Shown piece after piece: positions 1-12,770 of a stretch of 64,000 nt of DNA. The stretch's first letter is position 1. Every line of letters begins with the position of its first letter. Source of the stretch: Octopus vulgaris (Eukaryota). The notes beneath the pieces are model-generated. The model made no database searches. It worked only from the letters and a program-made list of their open reading frames with translations, and was not told the origin of the DNA. The position numbers and the translations under genes are program-made. The DNA lies in assembly GCA_951406725.2 (NCBI GenBank), contig OX597825.1, positions 61,008,001 through 61,072,000 of the forward strand, read 5' to 3'.

Positions 1-59
1 TTCCTCTTGCTTTTTCTGTCTCTCATTCTTTTTCCTTCCTTTCTGATTACATATCCTGC

Positions 60-94
60 CCCACTCTCTTTCCATCTATTTCTCTCTCCTGCTC

Positions 95-170
<76 letters not shown>

Positions 171-374
171 ACTTTCTTCACATTTCCTTTTATTTCTTTT
201 CTGTCTCTTCTTTTCATCCATTATTCCTGCTCTCCCCATCTTGCTCTCCCTCCCGCTCTCCCTCTCACTGAGAGAGTGTGAGTGTATATATATGCATATA
301 TATATATTTATGTATGTATGTATGTATGCATGTGTATAAATGGATGTTAATATGTATACATATATATATACATG

Positions 375-429
<55 letters not shown>

Positions 430-500
430 TATCTATATATACACACAGACGCATATGTATACACACATACATATGTATATATACATATACATCTACACAT
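60..500. repeat. (CT)n followed by (TA)n/(TATG)n compound microsatellite
   Basis: Directly visible; explains ORFs 7..339, 278..523 and 340..603. Confidence 0.95.
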
Positions 501-3119
501 ACACTTTAACCTCTTTATTCTAGCGCTGACTCCCTGGCCACCTTTCTTTCTGTTTACTCCCACCACCACCAACAACACCATCCCCCACCACCACCACCAC
601 TAATACCACCAGCACACTCTAATCTTTACCATTCTCTCATATGGAACTCTTCAACTATCCATAAAGATGGAATCTAATATATTTCTCTCAATACACTTCC
701 TGACATGACACTGAATAATGAAACTTCATAGAACAAAGCATGAAAGACGGATCCAGGAGTAATAAGCATTGGTGCTGTTGCTGTTGTTGCTGTTGTTGTT
801 GCTGCCATCGTCGTTTGTGTTGTTGTTGTTGTTTTTATTGTTGCTTAATCTCTCACCCATGCCAGGTCAGCATTGATCAAGCAGACCTCTTATTAACTTC
901 ATTCTACCATTAACTACTCTGTCTTTTATTCAGGCACAGTGTACCCAGAACTACAATATTGAGTGTTTCCATTTTCTCTCTCCCTCCCTCCCTCCCCCTC
1001 ACTCCCTCTCTCTCCCTCTCCCTCTCTCTCTCTCTCTTTTCTTTGCTTCCATATCAATATGAAGGTGATGTGACTTCTATTTCCAGCAGACCAAATGACC
1101 TACCAGTGGTTCCACCATTGACTCATGCACAGAAATGGGACTTGTTGCTTACTCTCAGTTCAAATTTTAGCAGATCTAAGGATCAAATATATTCCAGCCA
1201 TGACTGTCCCATCCATTTTTTTGTACCAGTGATTATGTTTCTCAATGTATCCTTCTTTATTTATGACAATAGATAGTGATGAGAAGAAATGCAGCTTTTA
1301 TTTCTAGCAAATTAATGAACAGCATAGAAGAACCTCTCAGCTGATGGCAAACATTTCTGCTCAGTTAGAATCCTTAAATTTTGATAATGTTATTTCAAAA
1401 TTTATCGATCAAAGAATCACAGACTTAAATGGAATCTAGTTCTGTTAACTATTACCCCAAACTCAGCTACATGCACTGTAAAAATCCATAGTTTTAACAG
1501 AATCATATGGGAAAAGCATTCACCAGTTAAGTGTCTGTGTCAATAAATTACATGCCATAGCTTTGGCATCAATGAGCAAAAGTCATAAAAACGGCTATTC
1601 AATAGGGAAAAAGCAGTGAGTTCCATCTTCCCGATGTCATTAACTAATGGGAAGTGTATAGCCACAGATATGAGTTGAAATTTATTGTATCAACACCATA
1701 TATTAATAAAAGTGTTGGAAGTAGCCTAAACAACTGGTACCTCTACTTTGGTAAATGAATTTCTCAATCATGTAAACCAATTTTTCGATATTACTATAAT
1801 AAAAATTCATTGACGCTTATCAATATTTTTCATACAGGTTATGGTACTTTACGATGTATAAAATATAAAGCACTGACAACTATTGACACAAGAGCAGGGT
1901 GTTATAAATAGACAAACAGATGTGAAGTTGCAAAGAGAAACTCAGCAACTCCATCAAAGTTATCTGGATTCAACTGAAATTTCATTTGAGAGAATATCTA
2001 ATTAATTTTTGATTGATTAAATAAATGAAACAATGCTTTGTTTTTTCTTTTGCTTTGTCTTCTTTTCTTTGAATCAATAAAAGATTTTTGAAGAAAGGAA
2101 GAATATCTGATTTTTTTATATTTTGTTAAAAAAAATATGAGAAAAAGGGAAGAAAGCAAATATGATTAAATTTCTATCCAAGAATGAATGAAGTTAATTT
2201 TTCAAAAAAAGGTTTAAATGTTCGCACACCCACTCTCTGCAGATAAGGTTATTAGTTTCATTGCTCCCTTAGGGATGAGTTATGGCAGGAAGAAGAGTTT
2301 AGCTTGCAGTAAATTTACAGATTAAGTGATCAGTCAGTACTTGGAGAAGTTATTAAAATAAAGAATAAGGTGGTGGAGGAAAAGGGTAATATTTTTTCTT
2401 AAACCAATTTTTAAGCAACATCAGCCTTGCTATGCTCCTTATATCCCATTGAATAGAGATTTTCTTTAGATTTGGATCCCTTTCAAAGTTTACAATTTCT
2501 GATTAAAAAATAATTTCTGATTGAAGAAATATTTTCTTTTTTTCATTTTTAAAATCTGAATTGACTTTAATAGAAGTGCAATGGACATATAACTGCTTCT
2601 TCCTTGACATGGTAGCTAAGTGATGAAGGAAAAGGGCTTGTAAGATGAAGGTCATAATAATCTATTTCTATGATAAACAAGCTAAACATTAATATTAATG
2701 TCATGTTCACTTCAAGGTTGTGGCTGGGAACCTATTTGTAAATGACATGATTCAAAGAACCATGAAAAAATGCAATGAATCTTAGACACATCCCCCAAAA
2801 ATGCCAAGAAACTGTCACAAATACAAGGATGTAAACAAAACTGTTTCATATTAAACTGACACCTGTATAACATCAAATAATCTTGTTCACTTGAATTGGA
2901 TAAATGAAGAGTTTTCTTATTGTATAACTTCTGTTCTTGACACTGTAGTACAGCGACACTCTATTATGAATGTGTGCACAAGTACACACACACACGCACA
3001 CACACACACACACAGATATATATATATATATAGACATCCCACAAATATCCCAATACCTATTCATGACTGCAAATCTTCACATCTATGCTGATAGAAGCAC
3101 ATTAAGCTATGCACTCTGA

Positions 3120-3175
3120 AATATATACTTATATGTATGTGTGTTTATATATGTGTACATATGTGTGTATATCTG

Positions 3176-3252
<77 letters not shown>

Positions 3253-3418
3253 GTATATATATATATATGTGTATATATATACAGAAATATATATATATAT
3301 ATCTGTATATATATATGTATGTATATATATATGTATGTATATATATATATCTGTATATATATATATATGTATATATATATGTGTGTGTATATATATATAT
3401 ATACATATATATATACAT

Positions 3419-3477
<59 letters not shown>
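3120..3477. repeat. (TA)n-based compound microsatellite
   Basis: Directly visible. Confidence 0.95.
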
Positions 3478-3480
<3 letters not shown>

Positions 3481-3624
3481 AGGTATCAGTTAGAAGAGTT
3501 TAATACCTCTAAAGGATAATTAAATCCAAAGGCGCTCCTGGTTATTACCTGAGTAGGTACAGTCTTTTGTAAAGTTGTACGGTAGCAGGTAGTTCGGTAG
3601 GTAGACCGTAGCTTAGGTTATATA

Positions 3625-3873
3625 CGAGAAGAAAATGGATGTAAATAACAAGGAGAAACTCGTCGTTTTCGCTGGTGTGTCTTGAATTTAATTAATTAAC
3701 AAAGAAGAAGGTAGCATTTACGATCGTTTCAATTTACATTCTGAAGATATTTAGTAAAACTAGTAAACTCAAACGATCGTAAATGGTACCTTCTTCTTTG
3801 TTAATTAATCAAATTAAAGACATTCTAGCGAAAACGACGAGTTTCTCCTTGTTACTTACATCCATTTTCTTCT

Positions 3874-3875
<2 letters not shown>
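3625..3875 (+). mobile_element. ~250-bp foldback element flanked by TA repeats, with a decayed hammerhead-like core in the loop
   Basis: Arm 3625-3737 (CGAGAAGAAAATGGATGTAAATAACAAGGAGAAACTCGTCGTTTTCGCT...) is the near-perfect reverse complement of 3763-3875. Loop reads CTGAAGA-TATTTAGT-AAAAC-TAGTA. Confidence 0.7.
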
Positions 3876-3930
<55 letters not shown>

Positions 3931-4025
3931 GTACTGGGAGGATAAGAAACGGAACGAAGCGACTATACATGTAGATGTAGGTACGTACATATATGTTTGT
4001 ATGTATGCATATATTTTATTTATTA

Positions 4026-4073
<48 letters not shown>

Positions 4074-4099
4074 GTGTATATACGCATATATTATTCATA

Positions 4100-4185
4100 T
4101 ACAAGAATGTTCTTGACTGAGATTTGAAGTTTTGGCCAGTAAGCCATCGTCAGACTCCGAAGTCACTGTCAACAGCATTCTTGTA
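4100..4185 (-). ncRNA. Degenerate minimal hammerhead-like motif inside a hairpin (Penelope pLTR/retrozyme-like relic)
   Basis: Minus strand CTGACGA-T-GGC-TTACT-GGCC-AAAAC...AGTC, enclosed by TACAAGAATG/CATTCTTGTA; canonical GAAA reads AAAA. Confidence 0.5.
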
Positions 4186-4384
4186 CAAGAATTTCTACTC
4201 TGCAAAAGTATAGAGTAATCTATCAGATTAATGTAAAATCGTTTTTATAACTGAACATAAAAATAAACAAAAACATATATGCACGCGCGCACACACACAT
4301 ATACACACACACATATATTTATATGTATATAAAGAAATTGATTTATAGATAGATACACATATATATATTCATATGTATAGAAAA

Positions 4385-4541
<157 letters not shown>

Positions 4542-4774
4542 TAAAAGCAAAAGACAAAAATTTCAATTGTCGCTAATTGTGACTGAGGGTGCTGGATTGC
4601 ACCTATACAGCTAATGAAAATATGCTTTCTAGTGGCTCTAAGGGTATGTTCTTAATTTATTTCTAGCAATATAGGTGCTACCCGGCACCCTCAGTCACAA
4701 TTAGTGACAATTGAATATTTCCTCTCTTTGGATTTGTACTGCGTATAGCTGCCTTCGGTATTTTATAATTTCAT

Positions 4775-4780
4775 ATACAT

Positions 4781-4835
<55 letters not shown>

Positions 4836-4864
4836 GGTGCACCTGAGAATTGTATACAATAATT

Positions 4865-4927
<63 letters not shown>

Positions 4928-4935
4928 TTATATAT
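4775..4935. repeat. (TA)n and (ATT)n microsatellites
   Basis: Directly visible. Confidence 0.95.
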
Positions 4936-5775
4936 ATCAATCTGCATATGTTTGTGCTTGAATGGTATATGGCTGTGTTAATAACTACATATGCATATGC
5001 ATGTATGTGTGTTTGTAGGTGTGCACGTGGATATGCATATATCTGTTGCTGTATTGTTCTGGATCTTCCATTGCAGAGGACATGACAAATTCTGTTTCTC
5101 TGCAAAAGGTTGCTATGTTAACGACGTGCATAAGTTTCCCCTCTCTAAGCCACCAATATGTCTAAGAGAAATACTTCTGCCTCAAAGGTAATACAATTTT
5201 GCACCAATGTTATTGCAGGTGTTGCTGTCAGAATGCAACAAACTGGAACTTTAGAGCACCAGGTATCCCTTCTGTCAATCTACCAACACGAAAAGAATAA
5301 AAGGCAAAGATGATCTGAAAACAATTTGAACTCAGGTCACAAGCAATTAACCTAACCTTCTCTTCAAATCAACCAATTTATTAGTTTATATGTGCTGTTG
5401 TGTTTGTGCATGTATATATGCATGTGTGTGCGTGTGAAGTGTTTTCATTCCATCATTTGATTTCAGGTCACGAAAATTATATGTACGCAATATACTCGAA
5501 ATATATTTTAATATTGAAATCACTTAAATTATTATCACTTTTAACCATTCCATTGTTCTCTATGCTCTTGCTTTATCACAGTATCTATAATACTTGTCAA
5601 AACAGGCAGAAGTGAAAAGAAGTTATGTTTGTCGCAAATCAAGACAGCTTTGCACAGACATGAAACTTGAGTTGTTGCAGTAATTACTGCAAAATAAAAA
5701 AAGAAAAGAAACAAAAAATACTTTAAACTTTTCTACGAATTCTGTACTTCTACTTGTTGAATTTTATTCACACAT

Positions 5776-5868
<93 letters not shown>

Positions 5869-7114
5869 ATTAATGTACATATGCATGCATGTATGTATGT
5901 GTGAGTGTGTGTGAATTTCTGTATATTTGTATATGTACTTCCTATATATGTAACTTTCATCTATATTATTATTTTCTAAATATTCGAAAGCATCTGTTGA
6001 TAATAAACTGTTAAACGAATAAATGAAAGAATAGAGATATACACTGAGTCTCACATTTATATGTGTATTTATTATAAGGAAAAGTAGAGGTAAATGTATA
6101 TAAAGAAACGTACAATTGCTCTCATATACTCACACAGAGATTTTAGGGTATAAACTATATCATGTACACACACTCGCACACTCACACGCACACACATAAA
6201 TTGATAAATAAATAGATATGTTTATATAGACAGGGAAAGAGAAAGAGATAGAGAGAGCCGACGTAATTGTAATGTGTGTTTATGCTAGTATGTATGTGTA
6301 TCTATACAAGTACGAAAAAAGTTTTGGAACAAAATAATTCTTCACTTTCTACACATCTCACAAAAGAATTAAAAGAAGCGAGAACAATTAAAAGTTATAC
6401 CTGGCTGTAAATCTGCCATGATCGCAATACATAAATTCTTGCAATGAATTCATTAGCATAGTTGCTGCAGTCAATTTACGATAGAATTATTCAAGTAGAA
6501 TTCAAGACAAATTAAATGAAGATAAACATCGTATATGTGATTGTAATGATTATTTTTGATTTTCAGAGCAGGAACTGAAGAATATCTTTGGAGTTAACTT
6601 AGATTCTGTAACCAAAAAAAAAAAAAAGGTTTAATCTTCTGCGCTTTGACCATTAGAATATGATAATAGAATTTTAACATTTGTCTGTAGAATAATGGAT
6701 TGGTTAAAGAAATAAAAGTATAGAAGCTAAGGATTAAATTCATAAAATTAAAAAATTAAAATTGAAAACAATAAAAATATTTGAGAAAAAATTGTGTAAA
6801 GTAAGTGCTAAAGGAGATTTTAAAATGTGCAGTTGAATCTTAATTAATCAGAGGTCTTAGCCTTGTTTTATTAATTTAGTTAATTACTGCCTTCGTAAAT
6901 GTTTGACAATATTTTTCAATTGATTTTCTTGAAATAATAGTGTAGTCAAGACGTCTGAACTGAGTTAATTATTTAAATGTTAAATTATATTCTCCCCTTC
7001 CCAAATAAATGTTAATGTTATTTTAATTGTGTTTTTTATGATGGGATGGATGGGAAAAAAAGCTTTTTAGGGACAGTTTTTTAGGAAGAGCAGGAACATC
7101 TTTTGAATACAACG

Positions 7115-7312
7115 GCTTTCAAATTTTTGTGCAAGGTCATCAATTTTGTGAAGAGCATAAGTCAATTACATCGACCCCAATGTTCAACTGGTACTTATTT
7201 TATCAACCACGAAAGGATGAAGAGCAAAGTTGAACCGGGTGGAATTTATCTCAGAAGGTAAAGACGGATGAAATGCCGCTAAGACAGGCAAATCTGCCAG
7301 CTCACCACCTTA
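7115..7312 (-). mobile_element. Nin/Deu-domain-like SINE, diverged
   Basis: CTGGTACTTATTTTATCAACCACGAAAGGATGAAGAGCAAAGTTGA matches the reverse complement of the core shared by >20 copies here. Confidence 0.8.
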
Positions 7313-7326
7313 CTAATTAATAATAT

Positions 7327-8453
7327 TGTTATGGATTTTGGCTAGTGCAGTATGTCTGACCCACTTTTGGGTGTGGCGCCGGCACGTCTGGAAGAAAAGA
7401 GACAGCCCTTTGTTTACTGGGAGATTAATGGGGTTTTGGAGGGACCTTTTTGGCCTTGTGCGGTCGATTGGAGGTCGTCCTAGACACCCCTTGAATATGT
7501 GAGGAAGAATCTAGCAGTAGTGAGAAAAAGATAGAGTAAGGAATCTAAGAGCAGATAGAGAGGATATTAGCAGTAAGAGAGGATGAGGGGAAGAAGAGGA
7601 AGAAAAGTAGTGAGAGAGAGATAGAGTATAAGGCTAAGGGTGACAGCAGCAGGCGATAGAGATAGGCAGTTAGGGACCAGGGCAGATAGAGAGGGTAGTG
7701 GGAAGGAGAGAGAGCAAGTGAGGTTTTGAGGTAGTTGGTAGTCGATCGTCAAAGAGCACAGACGGATCTTGGAAGTCGGCAAGGAGTTGGAATCTTAGGA
7801 GCAAGCGGTGGGATTCAGGAGCTTAGCAAGCTGGAGTTAGCAGTATTGAGAGAGAGATGGAGTGCAATATGGGACACTGGCGATTCAATTAGGAATTAAG
7901 GTATTTGATTATGTATTGATACGTGTCACGATGTAAAGAGACAGTGAAATGAACATTGTGAATTGAGTAGAGGACTTGTCGATGTGTCGATTATCGAGTT
8001 GTGGTATTTATGTTCAGAATTGTGTTGATATGTATAGAAAAAGACTTTAAAGAACTGTGAACGTTATATGTTGATGTGATTTGAAAAGAACTGTTTTCTT
8101 CGGACGTGTACCTTTGAAATGCTGATATATATGACTTGTTGTGTCGTTACCGGACTGTTATATTGTTACTTGTATGTTTAAATGCTTTGATCTGTTGTGG
8201 AGATGTATTGAGTTGTCACGTGCATGTTTCCTTTAAATGCTTTGATGTTGTAACCATTGATTGTCATATAAACTGTTGTTGAATGTAAGCCAGTTGTTGC
8301 CTTGCCTCTTTGGTGTCTCTCCCTGTTGCCTTGCTGCGGTTGTGTCTTCTCTCTCCTCTCTCCGACGAGTTTCCGTAGCTTATTCGCTGCATCGAACGGG
8401 CCTGTGTGAGGATTTCCGTAACAGTTCGAATCGGAGGTCCCACCCTCGTAACA
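7327..8453 (+). mobile_element. Solo LTR (~1127 bp), probably Gypsy-type
   Basis: Starts TGTTATG, ends CGTAACA (inverted TG...CA ends); ATAT direct repeats at 7323-7326 and 8454-8457; no gag/pol; GC higher than flanks. Orientation tentative. Confidence 0.75.
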
Positions 8454-8759
8454 ATATTAATAACGTAGTGCATCTGATGATATGTGAGTTCTCTCTCCCT
8501 TATTTGAACTAGATATTGAGATTAGTGTCGTTTTTTTAATAAAGTTTTGCTATATAGTTTCTATTATAAATACTTCTAATGAAAATAACTACATAATTCA
8601 AAAGTAAATATTACATGAATATACAACTTCTATGTCCCTTTCAACTCGTGCAACATCCAAATATTCTTATTGATATTATAATTTGTGATGGACAAGAGCA
8701 GAAGATTAAGAACTAGAAAAACAGAGTAAGATTTTAATTCGTGGTGAGTTGTTCATGTG

Positions 8760-8965
8760 TGAAGGTGCGTGGCTTACTTCCGGCGACGCGGTGTGTCCTT
8801 GAGCAAGAGACTTTATTTCATATTTCTGCAGTCCACTCAGCTGAATTGTACCCGTATTTCAAAGGGCCAGCCTTGTCCCACTCTGTATCACGCTGAATCT
8901 CGTTGAAATCTATGTTAAAGGTACACGTGTCTGTGGAATGTCACTTACACATTAATTTCACGATT
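8760..8965 (+). mobile_element. CORE-like SINE remnant with internally deleted tRNA head
   Basis: TGTGTCCTTGAGCAAGAGACTTTATTTCA...CAGTCCACTCAGCTG resembles the CORE-type central domain; related minus-strand remnant at ~21150-21290. Confidence 0.55.
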
Positions 8966-9100
8966 CAAATGCCACCGGGTTCGACTTTGCTTTTCATCTT
9001 TTTGGAGGTCGATAAAATAAGCACTAGTTGAACACTGTAGTCGGTGTAATTGATTTAACCCCTCTCCTAAAACTGATGGCCTTGAGCCAAAATTTGAAAT
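8965..9100 (+). mobile_element. Nin/Deu-domain-like SINE fragment
   Basis: TCGACTTTGCTTTTCATCTTTTTGGAGGTCGATAAAATAAGCACTAG. Confidence 0.75.
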
Positions 9101-9474
9101 AATACTTCAATGAAACATTCAATCAATGTGTTTCATTTAATTTTTGAATTATTCCACAACCGAAATTAGTGATTAGGCATTATAAGATCAGAGATATCCT
9201 TGGTAGGTTGTTATCAAAAGAATTTAAATTAGTGCTTAGCTCCAATTTCAGGGAAATGCATAGATGTGGGATGAAGTTTTCTATATATAGAACACTTGTT
9301 TATTTATTGGTAACATTACCAGAGGTTCTAATAACTGTTATGCAGAGCTTCATAAATTAAAGCATTTGTTAACAATTCTAGACAAAGGAAATTCCTTTCA
9401 TAACCCAAATATGTTATCATATAGCGAAAAAGATTTTCAACAGGTTTCAAATCAAATTGCTTAAGTAGTAGAAT

Positions 9475-9495
9475 GTTGTTGATGATGATGATTAA

Positions 9496-9529
<34 letters not shown>

Positions 9530-9821
9530 ATGATGCTGAAGATGATGGAGGTGGTGATGATCGTGGTGGTGACGAGGACGAGGAGGATGAGGATGAGGGG
9601 AATGATGACGACGATGATGATGGAGATGACATTGGTCGTAATAGCGACGAGAATGATTATGACGATGTTGATGGAGGTGAAGGTGATGATAATGGTGTAC
9701 TGGTGGTGGTGATGAAGGTGACAGGGACGATGAGGGCAATGACGATGATGACAATGACGACACCGACGATGATGATGATGATGATGACGATGACGATGAT
9801 GATGATGATGATGATGATGAC

Positions 9822-9882
<61 letters not shown>

Positions 9883-9905
9883 CTATTAATGATGATGATG
9901 AGGAG
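9475..9905. repeat. (GAT)n/(GAC)n microsatellite
   Basis: Directly visible; source of poly-M/S/H ORFs. Confidence 0.95.
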
Positions 9906-10877
9906 GAGTAGAAAGGGTATGGTAGATAGTGGAGGTAACGTTGGTGATAAGAGAAATGATTGTGGCTTGTAGTGGTCATGTTTGAGACGTGATTTTTGCA
10001 TATCAAGGATGAATCAGGCACCTAACAATGTTAATCACAAACAACACATGTCGAAAACATCTAAAAATAGTACAAAACCAGGAACGCAATAGCAGTTTTA
10101 GTATGATGATTTGTTGAAAATCTTAAAACTTTGAACCAATACCTATCAATTTCGGTAATATTTTTCAATAAAACACAAAACAATTATCTTTAAATAGTAT
10201 ATTACTTTTATACATTATTTTTTTTAAAAAAACAACAACAAAAAAATATATTACTTTAAAAGCAAATATTCATACAAAAGAAAATACAAAAAAAAATTAA
10301 CAAATTTCCAAACATCTTAGTGCCATATTGAAGTTCTCAAATTATTTGTAATCTAAATTTACACCTTAAACAAAATAAATAAATCTTTTTGTTCGCTTGT
10401 GTAAATTCTATTTATCAATCGTAGCCATCATTTAAGTAGATAATAGATGATATATCAGACAACAATTTGGTCTAATTTTTCTTTACGTTGTTTTATTCTT
10501 ATTTTAAACAGACTGAAAATGTTAGCAAATATCAATTTGTCTGCATACTTTATGACAATAAAGACAAATTGTGTTGTGTCAAAATAGATGCCTGTTTCTA
10601 AACATATGAACAAGAAAAACTCCTATTTTTTTGTATGTATTTCAGTGAAAACACACACATACACTCACACACATACACAAGCATGCATACATACACACAC
10701 ACTCACACTTACACATACATGTACACTCAGAAACTCATGAACGTAAATATATACCAGTGAAACTAAAACTAGCATCTTATGCCTATTTTAATGGTTGTTT
10801 TTCTCTCACAGTTTCTATGAATTAAACTGTATTCACCAGCATAGCTATGTAGTTAAGTAACTTCTTCAAATTTTATT

Positions 10878-10945
<68 letters not shown>

Positions 10946-10961
10946 CATTATTATTATCATC

Positions 10962-11356
10962 GCAGGAATGGCTGTGTGGTAAGTAGCTTACTTACCAACC
11001 ACATAGTTCTGGGTTCAGTCCTACTGCATGACACCTTGGGCAAGTGTCTTCTACTATAGTCTCGGGCCAACCAAAGCCTTGTGAGTGGTTTTGGTAGACG
11101 GAAACTGAAAGAAGCCCGTCATATATATATATATATATGTTTGTGTGTCTGTGTTTGGCCCCTCAACATCGCTTGACAACCGATGCTGGTGTGTTTACGT
11201 CCTCGTAACTTAGCAGTTCGGTAAGAGGGACCGATTGAATAAGTACTAGGCTTACAAAGAATAAGTCCTGGGATAGATTTGCTCGACTAAAGGCGGTGCT
11301 CCAGCATGGCCGCAGTCAAATTACTGAAACAAATAAAAGGATAAAAGAGTAAAAGA
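10962..11356 (+). mobile_element. tRNA-derived SINE with CCTTGGGCAAGTG block and internal (TA)n(TG)n (family A)
   Basis: A box TGGCTGTGTGG, B box GGTTCAGTCC; highly similar copies at 15227, 23424, 47711 and 48295. Confidence 0.9.
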
Positions 11357-11367
11357 ATTATTATCAT

Positions 11368-11548
11368 TAGCATGCCAGGCGAAATGCTTAGCTGTATTTC
11401 ATCTGTCTTCGTGTTCTGAGTTCAAATTCCACCGAGGTCGACTTTGCTTTTTGTCCTTTCGGAGTTGATAAAATAAGTACCAGTTGAGTATTGGGGTCGA
11501 TGTAATCAACTTTCCCACCCCACAAATTTTAGGCCTTTTGACTATAGG
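11368..11548 (+). mobile_element. Nin/Deu-domain-like SINE
   Basis: GTTCTGAGTTCAAATTCCACCGAGGTCGACTTTGC...GATAAAATAAGTACCAG. Confidence 0.85.
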
Positions 11549-12090
11549 CTTATTATTATTATTGTTCGTCTATCGAGACGTGTGATGTTGTCACTCTGTA
11601 AGTTGTGCTGTTCATATTGTTACACATTGTTTGACCTTGTACATTTGTCCTCGTTACTTTGTTAACCTAACCAGGACTCTGAGGAGCTGATTAGGTCTTC
11701 TCCATCCGCAGCCTGTAGGGGCTATTTTAGTGTTTGTTTGGGCTAAGACTACCCTTATTTTTTTTTCTTTTGCTAAAAGGAAAATATGGCAAACGAGAAT
11801 TGTCCGCCTTCTGAAAGGAACAACCGGCCATCCAGAAAAGAGAACAGCCAAGTCGTAAACGATAATGACGGCTGTAACGGAAGCAGCAGCAACAACAACT
11901 ATAGCATTCGTGAGGTCTATGAAAGCAATTTTCCCTTGCTTTACCATCCTCTTAACCAACCCAGGAACAAAAGAAAAAAATAATGACAAAATGCAACAAC
12001 ATAAGCGACAACATTGCCACCCCCACCGCCATTGCTGGTGGCAGCAGTAGGTCCACAACCACTACCACCAACACCAACACCAACAACAGT

Positions 12091-12653
12091 AGCGGCACAA
12101 TGGCCCAGTGGTTAGGGCAGTGGTCTCGCGGTCGCAGGATCGTGGTTTCGATTCCCAGACCGGGTATTGTGTGTGTTTATTGAACACAAACACCTAAGCT
12201 CCACGAAGCTCCGGCGAGGGGTAGTAGTGAACCCTGCTGTACTCTTTCACCACAACTTTCTCTCACTCTTTCTTCCTACTTCTGTCACAAAGCAGAGGAA
12301 CCATGGTGTAACCCATTATGGTGTGGTAAAACTTTCAGACCCCAATCTAGATTGCGAATCCTCTGTACCCCAGGATGGTTCAGCTCTCCACCCGTTAAAA
12401 GCCACCGTTTACGGAATGAGGATAACAATGTAGCTTTTGCGCCCTTGTAACCGCCAGTTTATCGCGTGTCGTGGGTGGATCGTCAAGCTGTCACACGCAT
12501 TCTTAATACTTTAGAGTAGGCTCGAATTAGAGATTATTCTTTGTGGCTTATGGCGTGAGTCCTGATTGGAAGAAGGAGAAGAAGAAGAAGAAGAAGAAGA
12601 AGAAGAAGAAGAAGAAGAAGAAGAAGAAGAAGAAGAAGAAGAAGAAGAAGAAG
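12091..12653 (+). mobile_element. tRNA(Arg)-like SINE with (GAA)n tail (family B)
   Basis: A box TGGCCCAGTGG, TCG-containing loop, B box GTTTCGATTCC; near-identical body at 29613-30109 and 53642-54082. Confidence 0.88.
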
Positions 12654-12770
12654 ACGACGACAACAGCATCAATATTCCTAATGAAAAAGGCAACAACGAA
12701 AGCGTGGCAGGCAATAACAGTCGAAACCAGTTCGACTTTGCGATAGCGACCAGAGAAGTAAATGAAGACG

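Noticed and set aside
7-603. Numerous YI/IY, CVCV, poly-M/I/S/K/E ORFs here and throughout the track (e.g. 41177..42061, 9461..10021)
   Set aside because: Translations of microsatellites that lack stop codons; no coding signal.
12091-12165. Functional tRNA genes at SINE heads (also ~18655-18740, 29613-29685)
   Set aside because: No complete cloverleaf or terminator; the family B heads continue into SINE bodies.
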